A stretch of 64,000 bases of DNA from a virus (taxonomy: Duplodnaviria; Caudoviricetes), in the IMG/VR virus record IMGVR_UViG_3300020420_000671; one strand, 5' to 3'. The position numbers and the translations under genes are program-made. Under the pieces are notes generated by a model. It was not told the origin of the DNA. It did no database searches and was given only the letters and a program-made list of their open reading frames with translations. The stretch's first letter is position 1. Each line of letters starts with the position of its first letter. Positions 9,758 through 18,613 of this stretch are shown one piece after another.

Positions 9758-10284
9758 ATATTAAAAAATACGATTGGAACTATCTAATCACACAAAAAGA
9801 TAGGGATATGGTTTGTGACGATGTACGTCAAGCGATAGATGATGGAAAGTTTTGGACCAATAGTCCTAAATTTCAAACAAACTTCAATGTATTTGGATTG
9901 CCAAGTCCACATTGGATGAAACTTAAAATGAGTTTTATCATGAGTTGTTTTATGTTTTTAGAAAAAGAAGTACAAATTAAAAATATTCAAGCATGGAGTT
10001 TTATGACAAAACTACCAGGAGAAGATAGAGAAAAGCTATGGCATCATCACTGGCATGATATAAGCACAAACAGTATAAGTGGTGTATACTACGCACACTT
10101 ACCTGAAGCAGATGATGACTGCGGAACAGAATTTGCGCCTGATGGACCTAAAGAAAAATCAAGACACATGGAACCACCATTGTTAGGTGGCTGGATAATT
10201 TACGAAAGTAAAGAATGGCATCGACCAGGAAAATTAAAATCTGAAGATTCAAGATTTATCGTTGCCGCAGATATGATGTACTAG
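9754..10284 (+). CDS. Putative 2OG-Fe(II) oxygenase-like protein
   Basis: WHHHWHD...ISGVYY...GTEF...WHRP double-stranded beta-helix pattern. Confidence 0.55.
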   Translation: MNIKKYDWNYLITQKDRDMVCDDVRQAIDDGKFWTNSPKFQTNFNVFGLPSPHWMKLKMSFIMSCFMFLEKEVQIKNIQAWSFMTKLPGEDREKLWHHHWHDISTNSISGVYYAHLPEADDDCGTEFAPDGPKEKSRHMEPPLLGGWIIYESKEWHRPGKLKSEDSRFIVAADMMY

Positions 10285-10293
10285 GAGTTTCAA

Positions 10294-10959
10294 ATGGAAG
10301 TAAAATTAATAAGCTATTCCCAACCTGTGGAAAATTTAACAGCCCGGCATCTTATAGATGCTCAAGACTTGATTGCTTTTTGTGCTAGAGTAAGTAATCC
10401 GTCAAATCAAATGAATACAGAAACTAGTGAAAAACTAATCAAATATCTAGTGAAGCATAAACATTGGTCACCATTGGAGATGGTTAGTGCCTGTTTAGAA
10501 ATAAAAACCACAAGAGATATAGCACATCAAATTGTAAGACATCGTAGTTTTAGTTTTCAAGAATTTAGTCAACGCTATGCTGATCCAGAAGCACAGGGTG
10601 AGATGTTTGAGTACAGTGAAGCAAGGTTACAAGATCCTAAGAATAGACAAAATTCTGTAGAAGTTGAAGATTCAAAACTTCAACAGGAATGGGAATGGGC
10701 TCAAAGACGTATAGCTGTTTTGGCCAAGAAAGAATATGATTGGGCTATTAAAAAAGGTATTGCAAAAGAACAAGCTAGGAAAGTTCTACCTGAAGGCCTT
10801 ACAAAAACCACACTCTATATGAATGGAACCTTAAGAAGTTGGGCCCATTATATCGAGTTACGTGGAGCAAATGGCACACAAAAAGAACACATGGATATTG
10901 CTCACGCTTGTGCCAGCGTCATCAGTAATATTTTTCCGTTGGTTGACGAACTAAACTAG
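10294..10959 (+). CDS. thyX: FAD-dependent thymidylate synthase
   Basis: HWSPLE, RHRSFSFQEFSQRY signature, EQARKVLP. Confidence 0.95.
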   Translation: MEVKLISYSQPVENLTARHLIDAQDLIAFCARVSNPSNQMNTETSEKLIKYLVKHKHWSPLEMVSACLEIKTTRDIAHQIVRHRSFSFQEFSQRYADPEAQGEMFEYSEARLQDPKNRQNSVEVEDSKLQQEWEWAQRRIAVLAKKEYDWAIKKGIAKEQARKVLPEGLTKTTLYMNGTLRSWAHYIELRGANGTQKEHMDIAHACASVISNIFPLVDELN

Positions 10960-11679
10960 TTCATCACCATATACTTCTAACACTTCTTTTACTGCTTCAT
11001 GCCTTTCAATATCTGTATGCGAAAAGGTCACACATGCCAATCTACTAGCAGACGGGTGTCTGCTTAGGTTACCTATAAAATCCAAAAGGCCGTTATCTTT
11101 CATACGGTCAGCTTGATTCAGGTCACCAGTGACTGCCATTTTTGATCCTTCTCCTAAACGAGTGAGTAACATTTTCATTTGACTTACTGTTGAATTCTGC
11201 ATTTCGTCAGCAATGATATAAGCATTTTTAAAAGTTCTGCCACGCATATATGCTAATGGAGAAATTTCTATAACACCTTCATTAATCATTCCTTCTATTT
11301 CTCGAGCGTTAAAATACTCTCTTAAAACATCAAATACAGGTCGTGTCCATGGAGCCATCTTTTGCTCCAATGTTCCTGGTAAAAATCCAAGATCTTCATC
11401 TACAGAAACTGCTGGTCTTGTTACAATAATTTTGTCAACTTGGCCTTCTTTAAAAAGTTTTACAGCCGTTAATACCGCAATGATCGTTTTTCCTGTCCCA
11501 GCCGGACCAATCCCAAAGACTACGTCTTTTCTCGTGTCAGCAAGGGTAAGCAGGTAGGTTTCCTGTGATCTGTTTCGCGGATATATTTTAACGATTTTTT
11601 TCTTTTCAGGGAGATAATTAGTTAGTTGTACAACATTATTGTGAAAGTTTTTGCTCTTTCGAGCCCTCTTTGCACTCAT
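10951..11679 (-). CDS. phoH: PhoH-family ATPase
   Basis: GPAGTGKT, LGFLPG, YMRGRTF, DEMQN, TGDLNQAD; start at 11679 preceded by GGAGG. Confidence 0.95.
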   Translation of the reverse strand: MSAKRARKSKNFHNNVVQLTNYLPEKKKIVKIYPRNRSQETYLLTLADTRKDVVFGIGPAGTGKTIIAVLTAVKLFKEGQVDKIIVTRPAVSVDEDLGFLPGTLEQKMAPWTRPVFDVLREYFNAREIEGMINEGVIEISPLAYMRGRTFKNAYIIADEMQNSTVSQMKMLLTRLGEGSKMAVTGDLNQADRMKDNGLLDFIGNLSRHPSASRLACVTFSHTDIERHEAVKEVLEVYGDELV

Positions 11680-11803
11680 GAAGTGTCCTCCTTTATATGA
11701 CTTCTGTAGGCATTTCTTCCTACACAAATATTTAGTAGGTGAACCCAAAGAGTTAAACACAAAGACAATTATGGATAAATAATACTAACATACAGGAAAA
11801 CCA

Positions 11804-12340
11804 ATGAAAGACGTTTTAGAGGTAATAAAAAACATACAAAGCATATACGAAAGCGATGTATCTTTTCAAGTTTTAAAAGACTTTGAAAGGGTGCTAGACG
11901 ACCTTGATTTGTATGTTTATGAAAACTGGATGGATGGAGAGCTAGTAAGTGGACCTAAAATAGGTAGACATTGGGTTACTTGTTCATTTATGTGGGATCG
12001 TGATAAAATGCCTGATCCTATGGGTGGTAAAAGACTTTTAGATTATGACTGTAAAGTTTCATATAAAAGAGATACTATAATTAAACCACGTAAAATACGT
12101 AAACCTGATGATATAAGACCTGGAACTAAAAAGGGTAAATTAGACGTCGAACCTATATGGGTAGTTGAAATAATGATGCCTAAGAAGTTGATAGCTGACA
12201 TTTATACTGGCTACAAAGCACAGGAAGATATAGGCACAGATCCTACTGTAACTCCAAGTATTGCTCCAGAAATACAACCTGCTGAAGTAGGTGCTGAAGC
12301 AACTAATGTAGTAACACAAGGCGCAGAGGATATAGCATAA
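11804..12340 (+). CDS. Hypothetical phage protein
   Basis: Late box GATAAATA at 11774 and AGGA SD. Confidence 0.7.
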   Translation: MKDVLEVIKNIQSIYESDVSFQVLKDFERVLDDLDLYVYENWMDGELVSGPKIGRHWVTCSFMWDRDKMPDPMGGKRLLDYDCKVSYKRDTIIKPRKIRKPDDIRPGTKKGKLDVEPIWVVEIMMPKKLIADIYTGYKAQEDIGTDPTVTPSIAPEIQPAEVGAEATNVVTQGAEDIA

Positions 12341-13044
12341 TGGGATTACTATCTAACGATTTACAATTTTTAGTAGATAATGTTCTTGAAATAGATTCAT
12401 ACAAATCAAAAATGGGTACAGATAGAGATATTGTTACCCTTGCTTTTTCAGTAAACGGAAAAGAACCAGCCACTGATTTAGAAAATTTTATAGAAAAAGG
12501 ATATCCTTTTGTATTAGATGCTGATGTGACTAGTGGTGAACAATCAGACGGAACTTACAAAGTGTTTGTAGAAATAGAAAGAAACAAGGATGTAGGTTCA
12601 CAAATTATGGAAATAGCTGACGGTGTAACAAAACTTGCTAATGTTGATAATCTTAGATTTAGATATTACAAGAACTTTAAAAGCAAAGAACTAAACAACG
12701 AAAACATCAACGAAGAATTACCATTAGATGGCGAAGCATACGATGTCAAAACAAAAGAATCACATTTAGAAAATTACAAAAACTTTTTTACAAACAGTTA
12801 TGCAGAAAGCATTAATATAGTAGGTGATACACTTACTGTTAAAAATACCTACCAACAACCTGTTCACTTCGAAGTTATTGACTTTGGTAAGGGAATGGAA
12901 ATAAACGAAACAATTAACATGGATCACATGTCAGAAGTAATATGGCTTACAAAGTATTTAGGTGATTACAACATCAACAAATATGGTAAGGATTTAGTTT
13001 TACAAAATGAAGGATATGTGCTCAAGCTAAGAAGGATACAATAA
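12340..13044 (+). CDS. Hypothetical phage protein
   Basis: Coupled ORF, 234 aa. Confidence 0.7.
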   Translation: MGLLSNDLQFLVDNVLEIDSYKSKMGTDRDIVTLAFSVNGKEPATDLENFIEKGYPFVLDADVTSGEQSDGTYKVFVEIERNKDVGSQIMEIADGVTKLANVDNLRFRYYKNFKSKELNNENINEELPLDGEAYDVKTKESHLENYKNFFTNSYAESINIVGDTLTVKNTYQQPVHFEVIDFGKGMEINETINMDHMSEVIWLTKYLGDYNINKYGKDLVLQNEGYVLKLRRIQ

Positions 13045-13193
13045 TGAACTGTTGTTTAAACTGCGGTCATGAACAACACGACGGGCCACTATGGAAAGAA
13101 TTTCTTGATGGTGATAATAAGCCTGTCATGATTGAAGTGTGCAAACAGTATAGAGGTGAAGTTTGCCAAGAAGAGGAAACTGTAGATGGCTAA
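13044..13193 (+). CDS. Small Cys-containing hypothetical protein (49 aa, not in ORF track)
   Basis: MNCCLNCGHEQHDGPLWKEFLDGDNKPVMIEVCKQYRGEVCQEEETVDG; overlaps both neighbours. Confidence 0.5.
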   Translation: MNCCLNCGHEQHDGPLWKEFLDGDNKPVMIEVCKQYRGEVCQEEETVDG

Positions 13194-14034
13194 AGAGCAT
13201 TTTAAATTTGATTTTGAAGAATGGATGGCCGAAGAGCTTATCCATAGAGATGACTGGAAAGATTGGTACGAAGCTATGTGCGAAATCTTACCATTATGGG
13301 AAGTAGATACTGTAGAACGTGTAGCAGGTTTTATTGCTCAGTGTGGACACGAGTCCGGGGGCTTTAGAGTGTTAAGCGAAAACTTAAACTATAGTGCCAA
13401 AGCATTAAACACTATATTTCCAAAATACTTTAGGAGAGCAGGAAGAGATGCGAACGATTATCATAGAAAGCCTGAAAAGATTGCAAACGTTATCTATGCT
13501 AATAGGATGGACAATGGCGATAGTGATTCAGGAGACGGTTGGCGTTTCAGAGGAGGTGGAATACTTCAACTCACTGGAAGATACAACTATACAGAATTTG
13601 GAAAAGCAGTAGAAATGTCTCCAGAAGAAGCAGTTGACTATGTACGCACAAAGAAAGGTGCGTTAGATTCAGCTTGTTGGTTTTGGGATACAAATAACAT
13701 TAACAAATACTGTGATAACCAAGACATTGTTGGTATGACAAAACGTATCAATGGTGGAACCATAGGCTTAGAAGATCGTAAGAAACATTACATACATGCG
13801 TTGGATGTTTTTGGCGGAGACTTTGAAGAGCCTGAAGTGGATTATAATCAAACAATAAAACAAGGTTCAAGAGGACCATTAGTAGCAGAAGTACAGGAAA
13901 AACTAGATATTTCTCCAGCAGATGGAATATTCGGCCCTGGAACTGCTAAAATTGTTAAACACTGGCAGAGTTCAAATGGACTAGTGGCTGATGGTATAGT
14001 AGGACCAAAAACATTGGGAAAGTTGTTAGGGTAA
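13186..14034 (+). CDS. GH19 endolysin with C-terminal peptidoglycan-binding domain
   Basis: FIAQCGHESGGF..LSENLNYS, FRGGGILQLTGRYNY, TKRINGG..GLEDR; C-terminal DGIFGPGT/ADGIVGPKT PGBD. Confidence 0.9.
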   Translation: MAKEHFKFDFEEWMAEELIHRDDWKDWYEAMCEILPLWEVDTVERVAGFIAQCGHESGGFRVLSENLNYSAKALNTIFPKYFRRAGRDANDYHRKPEKIANVIYANRMDNGDSDSGDGWRFRGGGILQLTGRYNYTEFGKAVEMSPEEAVDYVRTKKGALDSACWFWDTNNINKYCDNQDIVGMTKRINGGTIGLEDRKKHYIHALDVFGGDFEEPEVDYNQTIKQGSRGPLVAEVQEKLDISPADGIFGPGTAKIVKHWQSSNGLVADGIVGPKTLGKLLG

Positions 14035-14039
14035 AGAGT

Positions 14040-14432
14040 ATGGGGATTTTCGGTGGTTTGAAATTGCTTCTAGTAGTGGGGCTTCTTGCTGGTGCTGGTG
14101 GCGGTTTATTTTACGTTAAAAATTTAAAAGCAAACTTAGATTTAGCAAAGGCAAATGTTGCTAAACTGGAGTCTGCTGTTGAAACAAGTGAAGCAAGTTT
14201 GGCTTTACTTAAAAAGGATAATGCTAGATTAAATGATCTTGCTGATCAACTTGGCGTGGATCTAAAAAAATCAGAACAGTATGGGGATGAACTCCGTGCT
14301 ACATTAAATAAACATGACCTAACACACTTGGCAAATAAAAAGCCAGGTTTGATAGAAAAACGAATGCAGGATAAAACAGATGCACTATGGAAAGATCTCG
14401 AGTCTATTACTGATTCTACTCCTACTGAGTAG
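14040..14432 (+). CDS. Putative i-spanin (Rz-like)
   Basis: N-terminal TM followed by long coiled coil; directly after endolysin. Confidence 0.65.
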   Translation: MGIFGGLKLLLVVGLLAGAGGGLFYVKNLKANLDLAKANVAKLESAVETSEASLALLKKDNARLNDLADQLGVDLKKSEQYGDELRATLNKHDLTHLANKKPGLIEKRMQDKTDALWKDLESITDSTPTE

Positions 14433-14760
14433 TTGCAGTTCATTCAGACCCGACCCAGAAATTAAGATAGTAACCAAGATAGAAAAAACTGTGGTTCCTA
14501 TACAACCACTACCTAAGCCAGTACAGATGAACGACATCAAGATATATGTTGTTTCTCCAAGCGAAAACTTTGAAGAGTTTAAGAAAGAGTTTGAAGCTAA
14601 GAACGGTGGTGATTCATATATAGCAATAAGTGTTAAGGACTATCAAAATTTAGCAAAAAACTTTGCTGAACTAAGACGCTATATAGAACAGCAAAAAGCC
14701 ATTATAGTATATTATGAGAAAGCTGTCCAACCTGTACCTGCTGATAATACTACTGAATAA
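14380..14760 (+). CDS. Putative o-spanin lipoprotein (Rz1-like)
   Basis: Lipobox LLLSSC, Pro-rich segment, overlaps the i-spanin 3' end. Confidence 0.65.
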   Translation: MHYGKISSLLLILLLLSSCSSFRPDPEIKIVTKIEKTVVPIQPLPKPVQMNDIKIYVVSPSENFEEFKKEFEAKNGGDSYIAISVKDYQNLAKNFAELRRYIEQQKAIIVYYEKAVQPVPADNTTE

Positions 14761-14778
14761 TCAGTAAATCTTTCCGCT

Positions 14779-14786
14779 TATAAATA
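14779..14786 (+). promoter_or_regulatory. T4-like late promoter TATAAATA
   Basis: Exact T4 late consensus; ATG begins 6 nt after the box. Confidence 0.6.
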
Positions 14787-14791
14787 CATTC

Positions 14792-15472
14792 ATGAGCGTA
14801 TTAGATATTTTACGAGCCAAAAGACATAAAACAAAATTCCACAAGCGATTAGGTGAAGAAAACAGCTACGGTTACAGAGCTATGGAGTTTGATTCTTATG
14901 AATGGGCCAACAGCATTTTATTCTTAGGCTGTAGTCATGTGTTTGGTATGGGAAATTACATAGAGGATACTATACCTTATCTAGTTTCTAAATTAAGTGG
15001 TGACCCAACTATCAACATGGGTATATGTGGTGGAAGTATTGATACTGTTTATCATAACACTTTCGCATGTATAGAAAAAGGATATATTCCAAAACAGGTT
15101 GTAGTATTATGGCCTCAAGCATCAAGACAGTTTTATTACAAAGGCGATAAGATTGGAAGTTTTATAGTTGGCGCCAATCTAGGAAATTGGAGTGAAAAAG
15201 CAGAAGCGGCTTTATGGCAACAACATATCATAAGCGACGAAAATTACCTAACAAAAGCATATCTGGGCGTAAGTGCAGTTAACAAGGCGTGGCAACTAGA
15301 AAACGTAAAAGTATTAAATTTTTCAATTATAAGGAAAGATTCTACATATTTTTTAAAAGGAAAGTATCCTGTTACTCCCCTACCTAGACGTGTAGATACA
15401 GCACAAGATGATGTACATTGGGGGCCAAAGACACATTTGAACTATGCCAAAATTATACATAAATACTTGTGA
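14792..15472 (+). CDS. SGNH/GDSL-like hydrolase or acyltransferase
   Basis: FLGCSHVFG block I, NMGICGG block II, DDVHWG block V. Confidence 0.6.
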   Translation: MSVLDILRAKRHKTKFHKRLGEENSYGYRAMEFDSYEWANSILFLGCSHVFGMGNYIEDTIPYLVSKLSGDPTINMGICGGSIDTVYHNTFACIEKGYIPKQVVVLWPQASRQFYYKGDKIGSFIVGANLGNWSEKAEAALWQQHIISDENYLTKAYLGVSAVNKAWQLENVKVLNFSIIRKDSTYFLKGKYPVTPLPRRVDTAQDDVHWGPKTHLNYAKIIHKYL

Positions 15473-15762
15473 TGGAAGCAATATACGAAATGATAGCAAG
15501 AATGGCCTCTGATAGACTGTGGATTTACACAGCACTAGCAGGTTCTCTATTTGGAGCCGCATTTTTGTTCTGGTTCAAAGACACAAGAATGGCTACATGG
15601 GCAGTTGCTAAATTTGATCGTACATTAGAATATCTAGTAAATCGATGGGGTTGGACTTGGTTACAGAATGATCCTAACGCTTGGCGTGTTAAGTATCCTA
15701 AAATTACAAGTAAGATAGATGAACTAGAAGCCAGAATTAAAAAATTAGAAAAGAAGAAATAA
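15472..15762 (+). CDS. Membrane protein
   Basis: One TM segment, C-terminal coiled coil; CATAAATA box at 15458. Confidence 0.6.
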   Translation: MEAIYEMIARMASDRLWIYTALAGSLFGAAFLFWFKDTRMATWAVAKFDRTLEYLVNRWGWTWLQNDPNAWRVKYPKITSKIDELEARIKKLEKKK

Positions 15763-15763
15763 A

Positions 15764-16216
15764 ATGTTTGATCAATTAGGAATGGAACTTACAGACTTGT
15801 TAGCACCATGGATTGCTATTTTAATATCTTTATCGGCGGTATTTTGGTTTAAGGATTTTGCCGTCAACTTAATGAGCGGATTAAAATTTAAATTCAACCC
15901 AGCGTTCAACGAAGGTGATCATATCATACTAGATGATTGTGATGCCATCATTGTTAAGATTGGTTTGCGAGAATCAGTATTTGGTGTTTACAGTGACAAA
16001 GGTTATGTTTGGCAATATATTTCAAATGATAGAATTAAATTACATAAACTTGAAAAGATTATAAACAAGAATCTACATCTAGATAGCGAAGCAGAAAAAG
16101 GAAGACGCTTACAAGCTATGATTGATAAAGCACAAAATGAGGACATAGATCATAACAGAGATGATATTGCTAAGAACAAAAAAGAAATTGAAGACATAAA
16201 AAGAGGGAGAAAATAA
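15764..16216 (+). CDS. MscS-like membrane protein (single TM plus MscS middle beta domain)
   Basis: NLMSGLKF...FNEGDHIILD...IVKIGLRES...ISN resembles MscS FxxGDxIxxxxxxGxVxxIxxRxT. Confidence 0.55.
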   Translation: MFDQLGMELTDLLAPWIAILISLSAVFWFKDFAVNLMSGLKFKFNPAFNEGDHIILDDCDAIIVKIGLRESVFGVYSDKGYVWQYISNDRIKLHKLEKIINKNLHLDSEAEKGRRLQAMIDKAQNEDIDHNRDDIAKNKKEIEDIKRGRK

Positions 16217-16572
16217 TGCCTAGAAAGAAACCTGAGGAACTTGAAGTAAGTAAAAAAGCCGATGCTGAGGTCGTAGTGCCTGCTTCAAAAGAAGGTGTAA
16301 GTAAAAAGGTAAAATTAGATTTGGAAGTTGATACAAGTGTAAAAGACTTGGGTCCTAATCCTTTTGCTTGGATTATTCATTTAGCAAGAGCAGTAGATGC
16401 TTGGAGAATATTTCCAAGGATCTTTATTACAATGTATATTTTTTTACTATACAAATGCGTAATTTGGTTTATGGCTCTTGAAAATCCAACCTTAGAACAG
16501 TCAGGTTTAATATCTGTTGTTGTTGGTGCTGGAGCCGCTTGGTTTGGTTTGTATACCAGTTCAAGAAAATAA
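16216..16572 (+). CDS. Two-TM membrane protein (holin-like candidate)
   Basis: Charged N-terminus, two hydrophobic helices, near the lysis cassette. Confidence 0.4.
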   Translation: MPRKKPEELEVSKKADAEVVVPASKEGVSKKVKLDLEVDTSVKDLGPNPFAWIIHLARAVDAWRIFPRIFITMYIFLLYKCVIWFMALENPTLEQSGLISVVVGAGAAWFGLYTSSRK

Positions 16573-16575
16573 CAC

Positions 16576-16604
16576 TTGACATTTGACAAAGAAAGTAATA
16601 TAAT
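16576..16604 (+). promoter_or_regulatory. Consensus sigma70 promoter
   Basis: TTGACA-17 nt-TATAAT; ATG 7 nt downstream with no SD. Confidence 0.8.
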
Positions 16605-16610
16605 TTAACT

Positions 16611-17696
16611 ATGAGATTTAGAGATATTAAAATTGCTGAAGCGAATAAAGGATCTAACGTAGTAAGGTATAACACCGAACTGGCGATGTTGACTGCTTTC
16701 AGTGGAGGAACAACTTTAAAAGATATTCCAGATGAAGCACTTGTCAATCCTAAAGCAACAAAAGTTGAAATAAAAAAGGTAGCCAAGTACTTTGATCAAA
16801 AAAAGTTTGATCAATGGATGACAATTAGTAATACATATAAAGAAAAAATATTATCTCATAGTGGAAAATTACCTCAACAATATGATTGGGTTGGCGGAAG
16901 CAACATAGGACCAGTAGCTGATTTAGTATTTAAGGATCATCCAGCTAGTGGAATAAGTGTAAAAGACGCATCCGGAATTACTCTAGCAAATCTAACACCT
17001 AAGGCTCTAGGTTTGGAACCATTGAAGGGCAAAGATGTGTTTCAATCATATGCTGATAAAGAATTTAAAAAATTTAAGATAAGAGTTTTTAATTTAATGA
17101 TGGACGAAGCAGAAGCAAGTCCTGGACAAGTTATACATCCAAGACCTAGTGGAAAAGAACGAAGTATGATGTTCGATGAAGAAAGTAAAAAATTTGTAAT
17201 TAAATATGACAAAGGTGTATTGAATCTTGATAGGAATGAAGTAATAAGAACTTCACCAAAAAATGCTTTATGGCAAAGAGTATTTGGTGATTGGTATCAA
17301 TCTAATTTTCAAAAATACAAAGACATAATGCGGCCACTTGTAAAAACAATTTCAAGAAGCTTCAAAGAAATAATGGGTAATGCTCTTTCAGATAGTGATA
17401 CCCTAAAAAAACTTTTACAGTTTGAAGACAAACCTTACTACTATGCTACTCCAAAAAAAATGTATTTTGTTCCGTCTGCCAAAGAGGCAGGAGATCTAGA
17501 ACTTAAAGCAATTGACTATGATGATCCAGATGGTACCAGTCAATTATTTAAAGCAAAGATTGGTAATGTTAACAGTGACGATGGAGCAGTCATAGATATC
17601 TACATACGTTTTGCAAATGGATTATTTGCTACTAATTCAACAGCCCGAGTACAAAGTATTAAGAACCCTGAACTGATAGCTTGGGACCTCATATAA
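16611..17696 (+). CDS. Putative PD-(D/E)XK nuclease-like protein with capsid-targeting-like leader
   Basis: Leader MRFRDIKIAE; YNTEL, VADLVF...GISVK resembles the restriction-endonuclease core. Confidence 0.45.
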   Translation: MRFRDIKIAEANKGSNVVRYNTELAMLTAFSGGTTLKDIPDEALVNPKATKVEIKKVAKYFDQKKFDQWMTISNTYKEKILSHSGKLPQQYDWVGGSNIGPVADLVFKDHPASGISVKDASGITLANLTPKALGLEPLKGKDVFQSYADKEFKKFKIRVFNLMMDEAEASPGQVIHPRPSGKERSMMFDEESKKFVIKYDKGVLNLDRNEVIRTSPKNALWQRVFGDWYQSNFQKYKDIMRPLVKTISRSFKEIMGNALSDSDTLKKLLQFEDKPYYYATPKKMYFVPSAKEAGDLELKAIDYDDPDGTSQLFKAKIGNVNSDDGAVIDIYIRFANGLFATNSTARVQSIKNPELIAWDLI

Positions 17697-17709
17697 AATA
17701 AGTAATAGT

Positions 17710-18558
17710 ATGGACTATTACGATCTATTAGGCGTATCAAGACAAGCCTCCGACAAAGACTTAAAAAATGCTTTCAAAAACAAAGCCAGAGAACACCATC
17801 CCGACAAAGGTGGTGATCCTGAAAAGTTCAAACAAGTCAACGAGGCTTATCAAAATTTAAGCGATCCTCAAAAGCGTCAGATGTATGATCAATTTGGAAC
17901 TACTGACCCACAACAAGCAGGTTTCAATCAAGGCGGACAAACTTTCCATTTTACAGGAGATGGCTTTGGTGGTGGTATTAACATTAATGATATAATGAAC
18001 CAATTCGGTATGGGTGGTTTTGGACAAAGACAAATGGCTAACCAGGATGTCACGATCGGGTGTAGGATAACACTTAATGAAATATATACTGGTAAGAATG
18101 TTATTGCTAATTATAGACTTAATAATGGACAAGAACAAACTGTAGACATAAAGATTCCACCTGGAATAATTCCCGGAGATAAAATTAAATATTCAGGAAT
18201 GGGTCAAAGGGATATAAATGGTATTCCTCCAGGAGATCTATATGTTCAAATTCAAGTTTTAAGAGATAGAGATTGGGCTATCAATGGACTGGATTTGTTG
18301 ACAGAAAAGAAAGTGAGTGTTTTAGATTTGATGACAGGAACAACATTTAATGTAGACACTCCGGCAGGCAACAGTATAAGACTTACAATTCCAAAAGGCA
18401 CACAACCTAATACTGTATTCAACGTAACAGGAAAAGGCTTACATAACAGAAGAACAGGTAATATAGGAAACATACATGTCAAAATAATAGGTACAGTTCC
18501 TAAAAATTTAGACAACGAAGATGTAAACGCAATTGAGCAAATACGGAGAAAAAATTAG
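17710..18558 (+). CDS. dnaJ: DnaJ/CbpA-type co-chaperone (no zinc finger)
   Basis: DYYDLLGV, HPDKGG J-domain, G/F-rich linker, GDLYV C-terminal domain. Confidence 0.92.
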   Translation: MDYYDLLGVSRQASDKDLKNAFKNKAREHHPDKGGDPEKFKQVNEAYQNLSDPQKRQMYDQFGTTDPQQAGFNQGGQTFHFTGDGFGGGININDIMNQFGMGGFGQRQMANQDVTIGCRITLNEIYTGKNVIANYRLNNGQEQTVDIKIPPGIIPGDKIKYSGMGQRDINGIPPGDLYVQIQVLRDRDWAINGLDLLTEKKVSVLDLMTGTTFNVDTPAGNSIRLTIPKGTQPNTVFNVTGKGLHNRRTGNIGNIHVKIIGTVPKNLDNEDVNAIEQIRRKN

Positions 18559-18587
18559 TTGACAAATATGTGTGAAATATGTATAAT
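18559..18587 (+). promoter_or_regulatory. Consensus sigma70 promoter
   Basis: TTGACA-17 nt-TATAAT upstream of clpA. Confidence 0.8.
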
Positions 18588-18613
18588 AAATAAAAAATTA
18601 GGAGTGTATAAGA

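Noticed and set aside
11706-11723. GTAGG-N8-CCTAC hairpin upstream of phoH
   Set aside because: A short stem with no U-tract in either direction and no other support for function.
11804-12340. MKDVLEVIKNIQSIYE as another capsid-targeting leader
   Set aside because: Longer and more acidic than the others, outside the array, and the motif appears integral to the domain; too weak to count.
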